Below are positions 60,573 through 64,000 of a stretch of DNA of 64,000 nt, piece after piece. The position numbers and the translations under genes were made by a program. The stretch's first letter is position 1. Each line of letters opens with the position of its first letter. The stretch lies in the NCBI GenBank assembly GCA_903851235.1, contig CAINNR010000032.1, forward strand, positions 25 through 64,024, in the 5' to 3' direction. The notes beneath the pieces were generated by a model, which saw only the letters and a list, made by a program, of their open reading frames with translations, had not been told where the DNA came from and did not search any database. The stretch comes from an uncultured Candidatus Berkelbacteria bacterium. GTDB taxonomy: Bacteria > Patescibacteriota > UBA1384 > XYA2-FULL-43-10 > CAINNR01.

Positions 60573-61400
60573 ATGGATAATAACGATAATTCTATTGGGA
60601 GAGAAGAAATCAAAACTTTTGGCGATTATTATTACCGGCCAAAAGCTAAACGCAATTCCTGGTTGAAAATTACCGGGCTGATTTTGCTTGTCGCAATTTT
60701 TCTTGGCGCTGGTTACTATGGGTATCGTCGTTGGCGTTCAAATAGATTAACAGAGAATAACTCCATTGTCGATGTTCCGGTGATAGAAAAGCCAGCCATT
60801 GTCTCGCCGTCAAATCCGGTTATCACACCAGCGGCAATTCCGGCTTCCGGTATGCTTATCGTACCATTTACGACTCAAGCGCCGTTTGCCAATTGGGATG
60901 CCACACACGAGGAGGCTTGTGAAGAAGCCAGTTTAATTATGCTTCATCATTATCAAAACGGAACTGCGATTGACTCCCCAACTTCGGCCGACAAAGAGAT
61001 TTTGGATTTAATCAGTTGGGAAACCGATAATGGTTATGGTGTTGATGTTACACTTGAACAACTTTCTGATATTGCCAGACGGTATTATGGTATGAGCAGT
61101 GGCCGAATTATTACCGATGTTACTACCGACACGATCAAAAAGGAGATCTCGGCCGGTCATCCGATAATTATACCGGCTGCGGGAAAAATCCTGCCGAATC
61201 CGAATTTCCGCGATGGCGGTCCAAACTATCACATGCTGGTTATAATCGGATATAATCAAACAGACTTTATCACCAACGATCCCGGTACCAGAAATGGCCA
61301 AAATTTTCACTATACTTACGATGGTCTCTTAAATGCTGTCCATGATTGGAACCCTGACAATATTCTTAACGGTCCAAAAGAACTCCTAGTTTTTGACTGA
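60573..61400 (+). CDS. Membrane-anchored C39-like peptidase
   Basis: VPFTTQAP, ACEEAS, YHMLVIIGY, ITNDPGT. Confidence 0.85.
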   Translation: MDNNDNSIGREEIKTFGDYYYRPKAKRNSWLKITGLILLVAIFLGAGYYGYRRWRSNRLTENNSIVDVPVIEKPAIVSPSNPVITPAAIPASGMLIVPFTTQAPFANWDATHEEACEEASLIMLHHYQNGTAIDSPTSADKEILDLISWETDNGYGVDVTLEQLSDIARRYYGMSSGRIITDVTTDTIKKEISAGHPIIIPAAGKILPNPNFRDGGPNYHMLVIIGYNQTDFITNDPGTRNGQNFHYTYDGLLNAVHDWNPDNILNGPKELLVFD

Positions 61401-61576
61401 AAATAGTATAATTGGTTATTTTTCGCAATAGTTTTAACTAAAGATTGTGATCAGTGCCCATTTAGAATTATATTAAGGCAAAGTTAGTTTGGAGATTGTT
61501 CGCCACTCCTCATCCCTAGAACATTAATATATTCTCTGCTCGGCGAGAATTGAAAAATATCTGCTACAATTAAACA

Positions 61577-62098
61577 ATGAAGAAAAAACTGCCACATAAA
61601 TTGGATGTCGGTTGCGCTTTCAGAAAACCTAAAGGTTATTGGGGAATCGATAAAGTCAAAGTTAAAGACGTTGATCAGTTTATTGACTTGTCCAAATTTC
61701 CTTGGCCGCTACCGGATAACCATTTTGAGGAAATCAGGGTTTGGCATATTTTACAATTTCTTCCGGATACGGTAAAAACAATGGAGGAAATTTGGCGGAT
61801 CGCTAAATCGGGGGCAAAAATAACGATTGGCGTTCCATATTATATGTCTGCATTGGCTTTTGGTGATCCAGCACACATTCGATATTTTACCGAAGAAACT
61901 TTCAAATTTTTTACCGATGATTCCTGGTATATTTCAAATCACAGCGCATATACTGTTGCAAAATTCAAAATTATCAAACAGAAATTGCGTACCACCGGCC
62001 GTTTACGCCGATTTTTACCTTTTAAGAGGTTCTTACGTTTTTTTGTTTGGAATTTGGTTGATGAACTGGTTATTGAGATGGAAGTAGAGAAACATTGA
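61577..62098 (+). CDS. Class I SAM-dependent methyltransferase (type 11-like)
   Basis: LDVGC, GID, PWPLPDN, MEEIWRI, DPAH. Confidence 0.8.
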   Translation: MKKKLPHKLDVGCAFRKPKGYWGIDKVKVKDVDQFIDLSKFPWPLPDNHFEEIRVWHILQFLPDTVKTMEEIWRIAKSGAKITIGVPYYMSALAFGDPAHIRYFTEETFKFFTDDSWYISNHSAYTVAKFKIIKQKLRTTGRLRRFLPFKRFLRFFVWNLVDELVIEMEVEKH

Positions 62099-62109
62099 CG
62101 ATATAATAA

Positions 62110-62194
62110 GTTTTAATTTTGTTCCGCTCTGCCCCATCAATAAAAAAGTAGCTCTGGTAGCTATTTTTTCTTTACAGCAGACAGGGTATAGAAC
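62110..62194 (+). repeat. Boundary repeat R16
   Basis: GTTTTAA..CCCCATCA..aaaaagtagct..agctatttttt..GCAGACAGGGTATAGAAC. Confidence 0.7.
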
Positions 62195-62294
62195 TTTTGT
62201 CTTCCTAGGTTGTTGAAGCGTAGCGAAACTATTGACAAAAAATATATATTATGTTAGCATTTGGATATCCCGCCGTGAGAAGGAGCGATCGACG

Positions 62295-62708
62295 ATGCTG
62301 ACCAAGAAAGCAGTTGTATCAGCAGTAGTTTTACCGTTTCTTTCGATTGTACTGTCTCTGATTGTGGAATTTCTCGCCTGGTTCGTTTGGAGAGTTCTTC
62401 TTTCTAGGCCATTTGAATTTCTTTCTGTTTGGAAATGGTTCTACATCGACACACTAATCGTTTGTTTAAGTTTTGAAATTCTTCTTGTCGCAGCCTGTTA
62501 TATTACCTTCACCATCTACGCTAAGAAGTGGGATGTCAGTTACAAAGAAGCTGAAAAAGCTTTCTTGAAATATAATATCATTCAGAATTGTCCAGCAGAA
62601 GAAGGAATAAAATCATGGAAGGAATGGACAGCTGAAGACTACCATCTCCAAATGACCATCAGAGGAGTTGCGGAGGCGATGGTTGATCGAATTTTTGGGA
62701 ACCTTTGA
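62295..62708 (+). CDS. Hypothetical membrane protein
   Basis: TTGACA promoter, AAGGAG SD, 2 TM, terminator atactgcctt..aaggcagtat-T7. Confidence 0.65.
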   Translation: MLTKKAVVSAVVLPFLSIVLSLIVEFLAWFVWRVLLSRPFEFLSVWKWFYIDTLIVCLSFEILLVAACYITFTIYAKKWDVSYKEAEKAFLKYNIIQNCPAEEGIKSWKEWTAEDYHLQMTIRGVAEAMVDRIFGNL

Positions 62709-62781
62709 TTTGACTCACAGAAACGTATACTGCCTTGCTTAAGGCAGTATTTTTTTGTCGGGGAACCTACCAATTAACCCG

Positions 62782-62870
62782 GTTATAAGCTTCCCCTACT
62801 GCGCTTTGCTATTGAATTTTATTTTCTTCTAGAGCGTCTTTTTTTGTGTCTGGCAGACTGGATGCAAAAC
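62782..62870 (+). repeat. Boundary repeat R17
   Basis: GTTATAAG..; agagcgtcttttt..GGCAGACTGGATGCAAAAC. Confidence 0.65.
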
Positions 62871-62956
62871 TTTTTCTTTTCCTAAACTATTGACATGCTA
62901 GGCACTTTTTGTTATAGTGATTTGCGAAGACGAACACCAACACGGGAGGCTTGAAA

Positions 62957-63229
62957 ATGCCATTGGCAAAAGGACTTATAACTAAGCGTGGTGGCTCGCC
63001 GGTATCAGTATAAGAAGTGATCGATGCCTTAAGAGAGGCATACGACATTGAATCCGTTGAACTTCTCCCTTCGGGAGCGACACTTGTCACGACATCTGTC
63101 GGTAGCATTGTTGCCCATACAGCCGTCGTTATGGTGCCTCAAGAGCCAGGATGGCTGGCACACGCTGAACCCTGCGTCTTGGAAAGGGATATGAGATTCT
63201 TGGCCTTCATAGATGAGGTTGGGCGATAA
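62957..63229 (+). pseudogene. Small hypothetical gene with in-frame premature stop
   Basis: GGGAGG SD plus ATG 62957 (MPLAKGLITKRGGSPVSV), TAA at 63011, and the same frame continues into track ORF 63017..63229. Confidence 0.55.
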
Positions 63230-63288
63230 CAGTACCCGATATGTGCATCAGGGCCGTCAGTAATCTGACGGCCTTTTTTAATTACCAG

Positions 63289-63435
63289 TAAACCCCGCAC
63301 GAAAGCGTGCGTCGCGGCCGTAAGTTTAGTCGCTGAAGTGCGGGGATGAATGGCGTATTGAACGCAAGCTTGTCTTGCGCGTGGCGGAGCCAAGAAAACC
63401 CGGAATTAACGAAGTGGTTTCCGGGGAGGACGTCA
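63289..63435 (+). mobile_element. Non-autonomous IS200/IS605-like hairpin element (MITE-like)
   Basis: aaccccgcac..gtgcggggatgaa left hairpin and aacccggaa..ttccggggaggacgtca right hairpin; no ORF. Confidence 0.4.
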
Positions 63436-63462
63436 TTTAATTTTAAAAAGTCGGATATAAAA

Positions 63463-63542
63463 GTTCTCATTTCTTTCCTTTGACCTGTTAACCAAATAAT
63501 CTTATAGAAGAGACTATTTTTCTGGCAAAGCGGATATAAAAC
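63463..63542 (+). repeat. Boundary repeat R18 (degenerate)
   Basis: GTTCTCA..; agagactattttt-ctGGCAAAGCGGATATAAAAC. Confidence 0.55.
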
Positions 63543-63671
63543 TTTTTGCCTTCCCAAACTATCGAAATATAATCTTGAGGTGATATTGACATTTATATAA
63601 ATTTGTGATACGGTGGCATCAGCATGCAGTCGTTGATATCAGAAGGCAGGATAAAGGGAGGCGACTAGCGG

Positions 63672-63992
63672 ATGGAGGATCTCTTGGGCAAACACATCTT
63701 TACCATAAGGGAGCGTACCAAGCCCGGGACCGGCCATTTCGGCCAATTCAGTCCGACCAGGCAGTATGAATATGCTGTTGTCAGGTGCCTGGTCACCAGT
63801 CAAAATGGCGATCAGGTGGGACTCTTGGCAGATGGGAACAATAACCCCGAGTTGGACAACAAAACTGGTTGGAGATTAACATCTGGCCTCATCCTCATGC
63901 CCGGAACAAACACTATCCGGGTTGAGGAAGTTCACGGCTCTGACGGCCTGGGTCTGATTGGTATTTGGAAGGAGCGCGGCGCTACCGACTGA
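63672..63992 (+). CDS. Hypothetical protein
   Basis: TTGACA promoter at ~63586, GGGAGG SD. Confidence 0.6.
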   Translation: MEDLLGKHIFTIRERTKPGTGHFGQFSPTRQYEYAVVRCLVTSQNGDQVGLLADGNNNPELDNKTGWRLTSGLILMPGTNTIRVEEVHGSDGLGLIGIWKERGATD

Positions 63993-64000
63993 ACCAGTGC

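Larger units (their letters stand above)
37390..64000 (+). mobile_element. tRNA-Asp-anchored array of gene cassettes delimited by a repeated att-like element (continues past the window end)
   Basis: 19 same-orientation copies of a degenerate repeat, each lying between unrelated promoter-gene-terminator units. Confidence 0.75.

Noticed and set aside
61490-61560. Possible additional boundary repeat between the C39 peptidase and the methyltransferase (gttcgcca..tagaac)
   Set aside because: Too short and divergent to align with the consensus by eye.
37390-63542. CRISPR array interpretation of the recurring GTTCTAAC repeat
   Set aside because: Copies are degenerate, 60-140 bp long and separated by 0.5-7 kb of genes; no cas genes are present.

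Overview
AT-rich bacterial chromosome segment with the gene content of a small-genome Patescibacteria/CPR-type organism (inference). Bases 1-37.3 kb are mostly housekeeping: yebC-ruvC-[sugar/glycosyltransferase block]-ruvA-ruvB, queH/queA, tsaE/tsaB, LCP, PrsA, grpE, ppdK, four tRNAs, dnaK, a short DnaJ and rsmH, plus a partial Cys-repeat surface protein and several unannotated structured-RNA candidates. From the 3' end of tRNA-Asp(GTC) (37338-37413) to the window end lies an accessory array of at least 19 mostly single-gene, self-promoted cassettes. They are separated by a degenerate ~60-140 bp imperfect-palindromic repeat (GTTCTAAC..CCGCCA / hairpin / GGCAGACCGGATGTAGAAC), and its first copy is fused to, and partly complementary to, the tRNA 3' half. 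This looks like a tRNA-anchored, integron-like cassette array; no recombinase is visible in the window. Three cassettes end in a type III hammerhead ribozyme. One cassette carries an unannotated 30-aa precursor peptide with an RRE-radical SAM-SPASM enzyme (candidate new RiPP), and one carries a polysaccharide synthase/lyase operon. All calls are by eye; no searches were run.
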